A stretch of DNA of 64,000 nt from Basidiobolus meristosporus CBS 931.73. Taxonomy: Eukaryota > Fungi > Basidiobolomycota. The notes under the pieces were generated by a model. That model saw only the letters and a list, made by a program, of their open reading frames with translations, made no database searches and was not told where the DNA came from. Location: assembly GCA_002104905.1 (NCBI GenBank), contig MCFE01000175.1, forward strand, positions 78,765 through 142,764, read 5' to 3'. Below, piece after piece: positions 1 through 12,599 of the stretch. The translations under genes and the position numbers were made by a program. Position 1 is the first letter of the stretch; the number at the start of each line of letters is the position of its first letter.

Positions 1-452
1 TCTGGAAGTTTCTAGAAGGTAGTAGTCAGCCAATCATGTTGTTGTGTACTAAAAATAGCTCAAATTCTTGGCAGATTGCACCATGAAACATAATAATACC
101 TAGCCAATCAGATAGTGGTAATATGAGACCTCTGTGTCATATAGTTACCTCATGTGGTAGTAGGATAGGAGGGTTATGATACCAGGATGGTCACATGATA
201 TAGGCACTGTTGGGGGTACTGGCCTTATATGGTAACTATCTTATCTTGGCATCTTGGCAAGGAATAGAATAGCTTGTGCAATGGGTTAATAGTGACAAAT
301 AGTTTGCCAGGTCATATAGTAATAATCACATACGCAGATAGAAAATATTGCAATTTGGGATGATATTAATATAGGGGGGTAATCCTTTTTAGGGAAGTGA
401 ACGTATGGGAATGAGCACCTCTGCCTGTGGGTGTCACTGTGACCCCGCTAAA
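1..452. mobile_element. Partial LTR, Gypsy-type family A (runs off window start)
   Basis: End segment GAATGAGCAC..GTGGGTGTCACTGTGACCCCGCTA matches the end of the solo LTR at 1697-2767 (GAATGAGCAC..GTGGGTGTCACTGTCACCCCACTACA). Confidence 0.7.
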
Positions 453-479
453 CCACCCATATTAGCAGGCATGCTATCC

Positions 480-1130
480 ACTTGTATTAAAGTATGAACA
501 AGGAAATTAGGTGGAGTGGCTTCTAGGATAGATGCAATGGCCTAGAAAAATCAGGGATCAGTCCAGTCACAGGATGAGCAGACAACACATGTAGAGCAAT
601 CATTATTGGAGGTAGCAAATGCAGTATCTAGAATGCAGGTAGACAACGCAGTATCTTTGCTGCAACATTGTAACTCAAGTAGCACAGTGTTACAGAAAAC
701 AGTTGAGCCATTTCCCAATGAAGCTACAGAGAAGCACTGTACAGTCTTTGACGCACAACAACAGTGCCCAAAGATTAAGCTCACACAACAACCCATCACA
801 GCATGGGAGAGAGAGAGCATAGTGCTCATGCCTAAGCCTAGAAATCAAAAGATGTTGAGATCCATGAAGCCATTGAGTGCAATGATGACCAGTGGGCTAA
901 TATTTGAGAAGGTATGAGAAGTAGAGCATGGAACTACCTTAAGGCCAGCACACCATGGGACCATTAGGAGCTCTAAACCAAGCAACACATGCTTGACCTG
1001 TTCCATGTGAGCTATATTGAATTCAAGTGAGCAAATGGAATTTGGGCCAGCATTGGTTCAGTATGAGAGTATCTCAGCAGTAGCAGAAACTATCAAATGC
1101 AGAAAAACAAGGGTATTTGTATGCATTTTA
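480..1130 (+). pseudogene. Fragment of the accessory gene (ORF A) of the CMC/EnSpm-like transposon
   Basis: ORF 606-917 (AVSLLQ..VEPFPN..QQQCPKIK..PKPRNQK) is homologous to 13249-13665, 20642-20920 and 32958-33215. Confidence 0.75.
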
Positions 1131-4100
1131 CCAGATTAATTGCTGAATAATCTTATCTGCTAATTTAGTATGTGGCTGATGACTCATTTGATTGTGTTAT
1201 GATCTATTGCTTGAATTTTAAGGCAGTCTCACAGGCTATGTCCCACAATAGGGTATTGTCTTTCTTAGGTATATCAGCTTACATCAAGGTCATGAGTGTT
1301 GCAGGGGCATTGGTGAGGGCAAGACCCATGACCAAGTAATCATGGTGTTCCTATCTGGCCTTGAATGCTGTTTTAGGGATGTCTTCTGGTTCAACCTTTT
1401 TCTGGTTGTATCCTGACATGAGGTCAATCTTGCTGAAAATAGTGGCTCCATTGTGTTGTTACAATGCTCATCAACCCAAGGTATGGGGTACTTATTATTC
1501 ATGGTAACAGAGCTAAGGGCTCTGTAGTCAAAGCATCCTAAGTGTTCCATCCTTCTTTTTTACAAAAGTACTGGTGCTCCCCAAGGAGACTTGCTGGGTC
1601 TGATATATTCTTGCTCCAGTATCTAATCTATTTGCCTCTTCATCTCTTTTAACTCCAATAAACTCATTCTGTTCAATATCTTGCTCACTGGTGCGGTGTG
1701 GTGGTGTATAGGTCCAAGGGAGAGTTACGTCCAACACTTCTCAAGTGTTTTGTGTGTGGGGTGTTCACTGGGTGCGATAACCTCTGGCAAAAGCTTGCTA
1801 GGAATACTTGGGTTCTGTCTCTAATCTAATGTGAAGGGGAATAAAGCCACAAGCTTGTCAAGGGAAAACTATTGAGCTACAATCCCCAACTTAGTTGGCG
1901 TCTTAACAAAAGTATGTGCTGGGTTCAGCGTCCTTTGAGATGACAATGTACTAAAGCTTCCAAAGTCAAAACAACTGTAAACTCCACCAGCAGGGACTTG
2001 ATAAGAATGCAGCTGTGGTCAATAGTTACAAAGACAGAAAAGTATCTTTGCCTGTACAAGAACAAACTTGGGAGAGAATCAAATATAATAAAAGATACCT
2101 ACTCTGAGTATTCCTCACAAGTAGTGCCTCCAAGGTCAGTTGGCTGTCAGCGCGGTTTCCTGAAAGTGTCCTGTGGTCTGGGGTTGGAAGTTCAGGTAGC
2201 AGCAGGTAGCAGTGATCACACTAATCAACAAGTCGGTATATTGATAAAAGGGATGATGATTTATTGTTGAGGGATAGCCTCCCTTATATACTTTTCTTAC
2301 TGGCTAAGTGATTACTAATCATGGTGTTCCAGAAGGTTCCGGATATCAATAGAAATCTTAATGACATCAGAATGACCTAAGAATGTTCTAAGTAGGTGCC
2401 GGAAGGTTCTAAGAGGCACAGCACATCCAACCAATCAGGAATCAGTATTCTGAAACGTGTGTAACATGGGGATACCATATATGGTATGGAAATGGTAGGG
2501 ATGGTGACACGGGTTGATCATGTGTCACAGGTACTGGCGCGGGTACTTGCCTAATATAGAAGCACTTGTAACTAGTAATCTTACAAAAAGTGAGGGGTAA
2601 CTTATGCAATAAGGTAAGCAGGTGTGATAGTCAACCGGCTTATGGGATAGTACTGATTGGGTAAGACAAATGGGATAAAACTAAAATGAGTGTAGTAGGG
2701 ATATAGGGAAGTAGAAAATAAGGGAATGAGCACATCTGTCAGTGGGTGTCACTGTCACCCCACTACAGCGGTATCTCCTATGTCAATGGCATGATCCATA
2801 TCTCTGACTTGTGGTAACTGTAGACACATTTCAATATTCCTTCAAAAGAGTCAGGGGCTTTTGGAGTACTGTAGTAGGTAAATCATCCTGTAATACTGTC
2901 ATAAGGAATATCTGAGTACCATTTCTAAGCGCTCTACAGAGCTGTGTCTTGCCAAATTCTCTTATTTAACACACACTAAATTGGCCAAGTTAATATCCAG
3001 TCTGGCAAGTACTATTTCATAAGACTGGTTGTTGTTTGGTTCTAGGTGGCATGGGTTCTCCAATTGATTGATAGATTACAACAAATAGCCATGTTTTCCC
3101 AAGTACAAGGTCAAGCTTGCAGCTCCCAGATAGTAGGCCTGTAGGTCCTCATCATAGTCATTGATCTTCAATTTTACTGGCTAAGAAATAAGGTTAGTTG
3201 TGTTAGAGTTCCCTTCAGCCATTGAGACTGAAGTTGATTTGGTGGGCTCCAAGTTGATTCCAGCTCTCAAAGCAAATTGCCCTGCCATGTACTCATTGGA
3301 TGCTCCGGAGTTAATCATAAATTTGACAGGTACTCCATTGATTACCCCATTCCAGAATAGTAGCTTTCCTGAGCATGAGATCATATGCAATAAGTGATTT
3401 TCTGTCATATGGAGGGTAAGTTCTGAGTCTTCCTCAAGTTCATTCTCCATGTTACTATGCTCAAGGGCTTCAATGTCATTGAAGGTTTTTGTAGGCTGGT
3501 GTCCATTTCTTCTCTGAGGGCAGTCCTTTGCAATATGTCCCTGCTGGTAGCAATTAGTGGAAAGTTGCTTCTTCTTACATTCTTCTGAGATGAAATTCTT
3601 CTGCATAGCATCTATTTCCATTGGCACTACTTCTGATTGTCTTCTCTCACTGTGATAGATGCCTCTCCAACTAATCATTTTGAGTTTCCTAACTGTAAAC
3701 ATAGCTGAGCCATAGTCAATGGCTAAGCTGATGGCTTCTTTAGTAGTCTGAGGTCTCTGATAATTCACTTCATTACAAGTTCTTTCCTTCAACCCATCAA
3801 TAAGGTAATCAGCTTGATCCATGGACTATTCTTTCAATTTGTACAGGTAGACATCTACACTCACAGATATATTGTTCAACCATTTCTTTCTGACTGAGTG
3901 TCTTCAACTTCCTTCTTGGTAGTGTGTGCTCTTGAGGAAATTTAGAAGCATCCTGATTTTCAAATACAAACTCATCCCATGTAGTGATTAAAGAGCATCC
4001 CATCATAATAGCTGATCTGATCTTGTTGTTGGACCACTGTAAAGCTGCATCTGCTCAGTAAGAAGCTGCATAATGCAACTTGCTTTCTGGAGCAATTCAT

Positions 4101-4860
4101 TTAGCCTCACAAGCTACCTCAATCTAGAAGAGCCTAACTCCCAGGTTTTTGTTGACTCTGCCATGACACTGGTCAACCTTCATACTGAAGTTACTCTTGA
4201 CAGAGTTTTGCTGGCTCAGGGCCCTGGTGGTCAATTCTTGTTGCTACTGGCCAAGGATCAGGAGTTATTGTTGCTGTCAAGTAGGGATTTACTGCATAGC
4301 ACTCTTCCATTCTTGATTTCTGACATCTAGAGAGAAGCTTCTTTGTCCATCAGCAGGGAGGCTTCTGATTGTGTGCTGCTACCAAAGTTACAAGCCTTGA
4401 TCTAACTATTGTAGAGGGATGTAGCATTTAGCCAGTATTGTTGTCACCAATACTTGAACAACTTTTATTGAGGTTCAAGCAGCTCCTTATATACATTTAC
4501 CAGATCAATTGCTGACAAATCGTATTTCCTATTGTATATTGTGGCTGATAATTCATCTGATGGCATCATCATACCCAATTAAATATTACTTCAATATTTG
4601 CTTCTGTCCAGTTAGGATCTGCTGATTCAACTGCTGACTAATATCACAGATTTGATATACAACATAGATGTACTGATAGGTTGATCATAAAACCAACTGA
4701 CTTGATTAAAACTAATCTAACTATATATTCAGGTGGTAGATCATAACACTAGTAAGGGACAGGCAGGCAGAAACAGATGCATCAGTGCAGTACTTATCAA
4801 GGAAAAATAAAGTTCAGTAAAAGAAGCACTCAGTCTCAGTAGCAGTCAAGGAATTGACAT
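1130..4860 (-). mobile_element. Decayed Ty3/Gypsy retrotransposon (5' LTR remnant, PBS, gag, protease, RT start), split by a solo LTR
   Basis: Minus strand: PBS-like TGGTGACAA at 4441-4449; gag zinc knuckle NCYQQGHIAKDCP; protease (D>N)SGAS; pre-RT DHAIDIGD; RT motifs SPWGAPVLFVKKKDGTLR, DYRAL, YPIP. Many stops and frameshifts. Confidence 0.9.
1697..2767 (-). mobile_element. Solo LTR, family A (1071 bp), 4-bp TSD GCGG
   Basis: TG..CA ends with inverted termini TGTGGTGG / CCACTACA; GCGG at 1693-1696 and 2768-2771; removing it rejoins the host pol sequence (GDT-APVSK). Confidence 0.9.
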
Positions 4861-5290
4861 TGATAGAACACCTGCAGATTTCTCAGGGGCCCACTACAAG
4901 CAGGGCTAGAAGCTATTAACAAGTGGCAAAGGAATATCAGGTTGTTAGGAAAGTGCCAGCAAGGGACAAGCAGGCAAAAACAGATGCACTGGTATAGGTT
5001 TCATCAAGCAGAAAGCATAATTCAATACTAGAGGTACTTGGTCATGGTGGCAGTGAAGGACTATATATTGACAGCAACAGCAGCTTTCTCAGGTGCACAT
5101 CACAAGCAGGGCTGAGAATTCCAAATATGCAGTAAATAAATGTTAGGTTACCAGAAGGGTTCTGGCAAGGGACAAGCGGGCAAAAATGGATGCACCAGTG
5201 TATCATTAACCAAGGAGAAAGCAGAGTACTATATAAGAGGCACCCAGCAAAAGTAGCAGTGAAATACTGAGGAACTTGTAAGCCTACCAC
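4765..5290 (+). repeat. Repeated fragments of the CMC ORF A 3' region
   Basis: Motif GGGACAAGCAGGCAAAAACAGATGCA..AGTATTTATCAAG recurs about three times and matches 21365-21420. Confidence 0.55.
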
Positions 5291-5301
5291 CTTTCAGAGA
5301 T

Positions 5302-5851
5302 ATGTATCATGCCATTGACCCAGGAGATAGACCCCCAGTGAGTAAGACACCTAACAGAATGAGTCCATTGGAGTTGGATGAAATAAAAATACAAATACAT
5401 CAGTTATCGGAGCAAGGATATATCAGATCCAGCAAGTCAGCTTGGAGAGCATTAGTACTTTTTGTGAGAAAGAAGGATGGAATACTTAGAATGTGCAATG
5501 ACTATCAAGCCCTTAGCTCAGTCACCCTGAAGAGTACATATCCTATGCACAGGAGTGATGAGCTTCTGAGCCAGCTCAAAGGAGCTACCATATTTAACAA
5601 GATTGACCTCTTGTCAGGATACAACCAAATTTGGGTGAAATACAAAGACACCCCTATGACAGCATTTTGGACCAGATATGGATATCACAAGTACTTAGTC
5701 ATAAGCTTTGATCTTAACAATGCTCCTGCAACAAACATGGCCTTGATGAATACACTCTTCCAGGAATACTTAGACAAGTTTGCGGTAATCTACCTAAATG
5801 ATATATTGCTAAACAGCAAGACAGAGCAGCAACACTTTGTCAACATTGAAA
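5302..5851 (+). pseudogene. Ty3/Gypsy RT fragment, truncated by the family B LTR
   Basis: HAIDPGD..RMSPLEL..SKSAWRALVLFVRKKDGILRMCNDYQAL..KIDLLSGYNQI..TAFWTRYG..YLNDILL (decayed YLDD). Confidence 0.92.
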
Positions 5852-8800
5852 TGTTGGAATATTGAACTATTTGGCATCATTCAGCAGCTGAAAATTTACT
5901 TAACAATTCTAAACTAGTCTTGGTTACTGTAGAACTAATTCACAACCCTTATTTTGCCAGTTTCTGTTAAAATAATTAGGAATCCACCTAATTGTTAATA
6001 TGTTATGAACTAGCACTAAGTTAAGTGATGTATTTCAGATAATTAACTTAAAAATTTGTTTGTAAGATATTTGCTAATGATTAGGAATTAGTGAAGTACA
6101 GAATTTTGAGAAAATCAGAAACTGGTCCAAATAAGCTGAAACTTGGTACATGTACTCCTGAGATTCCCCTTATAATGACCAAATAGTTGTATGTATGTAG
6201 TTCTGCAATAAGTATAAATACTGTGTTGCAACTTAAAAAAATAACAAGTGAATATCATGTAAATCTTCTAATTCTCCAATTCACTTCCAGTATATCTCTC
6301 TAATATTTCAACAGTTTCTTCAGTAAAGTCCACTTGAGAGACCACTACCAGAAGCCCCTTTGCACTAAAGACACCCCTTTAGGTCTAAAGACCCCTCTAG
6401 AGACTTCTACACCAAACCACTTTAGGATAAAGGGGAGCTCAGAATTTCCATACTAAGAAATATTTTCTCAGAAAGGAAAGTGACTCCCAAATAGGGAATG
6501 CTACTGTAAAAAATAAATAAGCCCAATAGTCAACAGAAGGTCAGAACACTGCTGTAGAAGTGAGAATCACTTCCTATAGTGTATTTTGAGCCCAAGATTG
6601 AGGATATTAGTAAAAGTTATATCATAAATTGGTATATTAAACACTCAATAAACTATTTCAGTATTGGCATACTGGAAGTTGTTGTATACTGTTGATTAGC
6701 TTCTACATTGTAGAACAAGCCCCCATACTGGCCATAATACAACATAACAAGAATTTGGTGGAGGACCTGGTTAGTTTGAACCTTTCACTATACAAGCATC
6801 AGGAAATGTTACAAGAATGACCAATACACCACTCCCAGAGTTAATAGCCACTTTAAAGATGCTATTCCGGTAAGAATCTCAGGAGAGAATGTTACTCAGT
6901 TTCTGGAAGAGTCCAATGATATGGCTGCAGCATTTGAGCTATCACACAAGAACAAAATCCAGTTGTCTCCCTTTCTCTGTGCAGTTGAACTATCAAGATT
7001 CTTACAAAGTTTGGATCCATTTAAGATATCAGTTGGAGCTAACTATAACAGGGACACTGCTCAACAGGCTATTTTAGCTGAGTACCAAAAGGAAGCACAG
7101 TTTGTTGCACTAAATGAGCCAGAAATGCCTTACAACAAGACCCAACCCTTGCAAAAGTACATTCAAGGTTTGAGTCAAAAGCAAGGCATGTTGAAGCAGC
7201 TATTGGAATTCCAAGATTTTATCAGAGAAACTATTTTCTGAAGAATATGCCTCCTGAGATAAATAATGCCATTAGCCACCAAGTTCAGGCTACAGGCTCC
7301 TATAACAATGTTAAACAAATGGTGCTAAATTATCAGTCAGGGAGACAGGTCATGGATTCCATTAAAAGCCAAATGAGGATTTCTACTGCAGTTAAATAAA
7401 TTCTTCATTGCACAAATAACCCACAAAATGATCAGGTTAATGAATTAATTGATGCATTGGGAAAATTGACGCTCAAGTTGGACTCTCAAGGTGTACCATC
7501 ATCAAGCATCAGCAAAGCAAGACCAGAAAATCCCAAAACAACTAGTAATTATCCACAGCAAACAAAATATTGAGTGTACTGTGAGTCTGCAGCACATAGC
7601 CATTATGGTTGTTAAATATTGAGTATTGATATTAACTGTCATAAATTTATGATTGATTGCTATGGGAAGATCTGTGATACTACTGGAAACCCTTTACCTA
7701 TCAACAGAGGTTATGGTGGAATGAAGTCCTATATACTTGCTCAAGAAGTACCAAGTAAAAGCACCACAACATCAAATTTTATACAAATCCAACAGACTGC
7801 AAAAGTTCCAAGCAATGAACATTATATACTAGCAATATCAGGCCCATCAGGGCAGGTCCAAGAAAATCTAATGGAAAAAGAGGAAGTCAAAGAGTTTAAT
7901 TGCCTTATTGATAACAGAAAATATGTCTCTACCAAGAACAATCCTAAAAAGGTCAACTACTACCAGATATTGTTGAGCCAATCAGCAGATCTATCCTTAT
8001 GAATTATCAAGAACACTCTTCAACAATGTTATCATGTGAACAACTACAATTTGAAGTGGAAAAAGCCATTTACTCTATTACAACAGGAAGCTATGCTGAT
8101 ACAATCTACAATGTTGAGGTGGAATGTTTTTTTGATTCTGGACCAGAAATCAATGCTATCACCCCTATGACTTCTAGAAAAATCAAATTGCCACTGACAG
8201 AAGTTGACTGGAGTATGAGAACTGCTATAGGTGCAACAGAGAACATGCTTAGACCTTGTCACTCTGTACCAATTGAAGTAGGAGGAATAGGGGTTACTCC
8301 TCCCTTTTTCATTGTTGCCAATGGACCCACTTTTGAGGTATTATTGAGACAATCATATGAGAGAAAATCTCTTCTACCAGCTGATAACAAAGCCGACGGA
8401 AGTTTATGACTGACAATCACATCTGATGATCAAAAAAGAAGGGCAACCTTTTGTGCAGCAGAAGAGAATAATCCAAGAAATGCAGACTCAATTCCAGTAC
8501 AAAATATTCAGGTTCATAATGATATATATAGCTTATGATCAACATCTCATTCTGCTGACAATAAGTATGACAAATACCAAATATAAGCCAGTTGCATTGA
8601 AAGCAAAGCCAGTATCTACTGAAATCTCATCATCTGCCCACAACACTCCTCAAATGGAGCCTTTGCACAAATATGAGAGAATCAGACTCACAGAAGAGAA
8701 GTTCAAGGAGTTAGCTCTTGGGACTACTCTTACCACTGAGGAGAAAAGTTTCTTTTTGACTATGCTACAACTCTACAACAATGTCTTTGCAGTTAATGAT

Positions 8801-10960
8801 GCACAAAGAGGATGTTTATCCATAGAGCTATTTCCACCAATCAAGATCCATACCATTGAACATACACCATGAGCACTGAGATCATATCCTATTCCCTCAA
8901 GATTACTGACCAAAGTAACTGAAATGTAACAACCAAGATTTTAAAGTGGAGTCATTGAATATAGCTATGGACCTTATTGTAATCCCTGGTTTACACCATT
9001 GAAGAAAAATGGTAGTCTATGGCTTTTGCCTGATTCTATTCTGGCGCAGTGGATATCATACATCCAGATCTTTGACTTTGTGCTACAACACATACTAGGA
9101 GCCAATCACAAAGGACCAGATGCCTTTTCCAGAAAGCAATCAAACTCACTGTACTTGACTGATGATGATGGAACAAGGCTTATACATACAACACCATATC
9201 ACCCACAAGCATATTCACCAGTTAAATGTGGACATTCTGCTTTTGCAAATACATTAGCAAAGCTTAGATATTTTTGAGATCATGACAACATCAGAACTTT
9301 TGCTAGCAAGAGTACAACAGATTCAACAAGCAAACACTCTGCAAAAGAATACAATAGAAAACCTGAAGAAATCCAGAATGGCTGGCAAGGAGTACTTTGA
9401 TGCTCAAAAATGCGTTAGAAGAGCATTGCTAGAAGTAGGTGAATTGATACTACTTCACAACACTAAGAGCCAAAGAAACAAGGCATCCAGGCTGGATATG
9501 CAATGGCAAGGTCCCTACAAGATCATACATGCAAACAAAAGTGGATCTTACAAATTAGCAAAACTTGACAGTACTGTTGCAACTTAAGAAGTGATTTGGA
9601 TATAAGGAACTTATCAAGAAATAGTGATAATAGTTGAACTGTTGTTTATTCATAAAGAAGCTCAGTATTTATACCTTTGTAAAAGTAGTACAGCTGTAAC
9701 ACTAATTAGGGAGGGTTTCTCAATATTCAGGAGCATTCTGTAACAGTTTCAGGGTTAGTACATAATGTTTGGTAATAGTGCTAATTTGATCCTGACTATA
9801 GGGGAATAGTCATAAGATCATATATCTGGAGAAAGTGGCAAAGTTAAGGCAGTAAATGAGTCCTACAGTGACTAAGACTAGTCTAGAATTGTAAGTAAAT
9901 TTTTAGCTGCTGAATGATACCAAATAGTCCAACATTTCAACAAGTACACCACCTACACTTGCACAACCTGGTAGCAGATTGTAGAAGTTCCATGTCAGAG
10001 GTAGTAATGAGGACATTCTCAATGTTAGGGGAGACTTGCGGTAATGGTCAAAGATCAAGAATTTACAACTTTGAAGGAAAATTACTCTGGACCCTGACAA
10101 GCAATCCACCCAAGAATATTACGTCATATAGAACATAGAGTAGCCAATACATGTTTCAAATCAAAGCATATTTGAAACAGTAATTAACTGGTTGTAACTA
10201 AAGAGTTTAATTATTATTTATACTATGCCTCTATTACTAGGATTACTATGGTGACTTGAATGTGTGTAACTTTCAGACCAGCCAATCAAATAATGTGAAA
10301 TTCTCACAGGTGCTGCACCTATGTCAGATCTGCGCCACTGCATAATTTCAGCTTTGCATTATATGTATTGCTTGTGTAATTGCCCAAAAACTTTGATCCT
10401 GCCAAATTTTTAAATATACAACTTCCCTAGCTGAAAAATGAAGAAAGAGCCTCACTTTCTGGAATCACCACACTACAATTACAAGTCTAAAGGTTGTAAG
10501 ATTTTCCCTGCATCACTTGCACTGTTGAGTATTCTGACTTTGATTGGTACTATATCAGTAAAGAGACTGCAATGCTCACAAGAGTCCAATCTAAGTTCTA
10601 CAAGAAAACTACCACTTTTCTGTTGGTAAGTCCCCTCTAAGTAGCCTCTTTACTCTAAAGACACCCCTTTACTTGAAAGTAGCCTCTTTAGGCACCCTTT
10701 TATAGTAAAGTTCACTTTAGCGACCACTATAAGAAGCTCCTTTACTCTAATGACACTTCTTTATTCACCCCTTTAGGTCTTAGAACCACTTTAGAGACTT
10801 CTACACTGAACTCCTTTAGGTTAAAGGGGAGTTCAAAATTTCCATAGTAGGTAATATTTTCACAGAAAGGAAAGTGGCTCTCAAATAGGGCAAACTTACT
10901 ATAGAATAAATAAGCCCAATAGTGAACAGAAGGTTAGAACACGGCTGTAGAAGTGAAATC
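5852..10960 (+). mobile_element. Decayed, internally deleted Ty3/Gypsy element, family B
   Basis: 5' LTR 5852-6749 (TGTT..AACA) followed by TTTGGTGGAGG; decayed CCHC knuckle at about 7570; protease FFDSGPEINAI (7999-8409); RT-like PPIKIHTIEH; integrase tail W.GPYKI (9282-9587); 3' LTR-like region to about 10960, homologous to 28536-29778. Confidence 0.85.
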
Positions 10961-10964
10961 CACC

Positions 10965-12575
10965 GCAATCAAGCAGTATATCATAACAGCCATACATCTG
11001 CAGTAGTAAAGAACAATCAGATGCAAAGCTGTAGCTACCAGTTTACAGGATTACTCCTGGACAATTTTGCACTATGTAGGAGGATCCTGTACACTATGGC
11101 ACAATCTGACACAATGAGGTTAGCACATATAATTGTGCCAACTTTTTATCTTGAGATATGTGTGCAAAGATACCACAGTTATGATAGGTAAAATGCAGTA
11201 ATTGGATATTTTTCTTTTATGTGAAGTTAAATAAATGTATATCACACTAAAAACTGTGCTGCTACTTACTATTTTTGCTATCAACACCCCAAATAGACAC
11301 AATGTCAATGCCTAAATGGTCAATGTATATCCTGTACCTGTGAGCCCCCAAAGCTTCCCTTGATCATTACACCATCTACCTGATTTGCCATCAAATTTCC
11401 CATTCTGACTAATGAGCTAGTGAATCCATAAACTGAGTGATTGCAGAAGGTATCATAGCTAACCTGCCACCAATCAGAAGGGTGCCAAGCAGAGCAAATA
11501 GCTGCACTGGTCTTACAGATGATATATAAGTATGAAGGATATTTGTTTCTAGGGTTTTGTCTCAGATGTGAGACAACCTTGATATTACTTATATTTAAAT
11601 ATATGGATCATGGGTTTGCAACAACTTGATTTGAATCACAAAAAAACTGTGCTGCTTGTTCACAACATATGATAGCAATTCAATGAAATTGCAGCATATT
11701 CTCTTAGGTCTTTTTTCTCACCTGGATTACTACTAAAGCATTTGGCAGTAATCACTTTGCACACCTAAAATACCTCTATGTTGACTATCCTCTTTGCTAC
11801 TTGTGTACTTGTTGGTATTTTGCCTCCTGGCTGATGAGTACAGTGCTGCAGCTTGATCACACTGAGCTGCAGTAGACAATGTTACAGAACCAGCATTAAG
11901 GGACATGTGCTAACACATTCTTTTACTTATTAAAGGATTCAGTGGGGAAGGTTCTTCCACTGGGTCATAGTTGGTCAGCTCTCCAGAACAACATTGCTGA
12001 AGGTCAGGTCTAATTGTCCATACAGGCATAATTAATGTATTAGTAAGGGCCTTGACTGAGTTTGATGTAATGCCACATATTGATGCAATTTGGCTGGCTC
12101 CAATGGACTTGTGTCCAATTAAGTAGTTTGGCAAGTTCTAGTAGTTTTGCTCTGAACCATGTGTATTCATGCCATATGTGGTGCTCTTATGAAGGGTGTT
12201 GGTGTAAACTGTACTGACATGCACCAATGTGTTGGCATTGCAAGGATGATAAGGAATTCAGCAAGGCATGAAGGTGGAAGCAGACTCAATTGCCTGCAGT
12301 CTGTACTTTTCCTCTTGAAATTCCCTTATGGATTCCTCAAGGTAGTCACTATCCTCTGTCTAATACCTTGAAATTGTTGCCTTGATGAGTCCTGGGTATA
12401 CTGCTCTTGGAAGCCACTCAGCTCTGCCAATGTATCTTGCAATACACTAGTCATCCAAGGCAATATTCATTAGAAATCTCCTTGGCTCCCAAAGCTGAGG
12501 CACAAATAGAGGCATCCAATCTTTACTGAACAAATTGAGCATGGAGTTGTTTGCATGCATCTTCCTAATTTAAGC
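10965..12575 (-). mobile_element. CpG-decayed partial copy of the left half of the element at 35156-38582
   Basis: Colinear with about 35190-36800 (e.g. CACTATGGCACAATCTGACACAATGAGGTT identical); CG is replaced by TG/CA throughout. Confidence 0.88.
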
Positions 12576-12599
12576 TTAAATTTTGATGCACAACACTGT

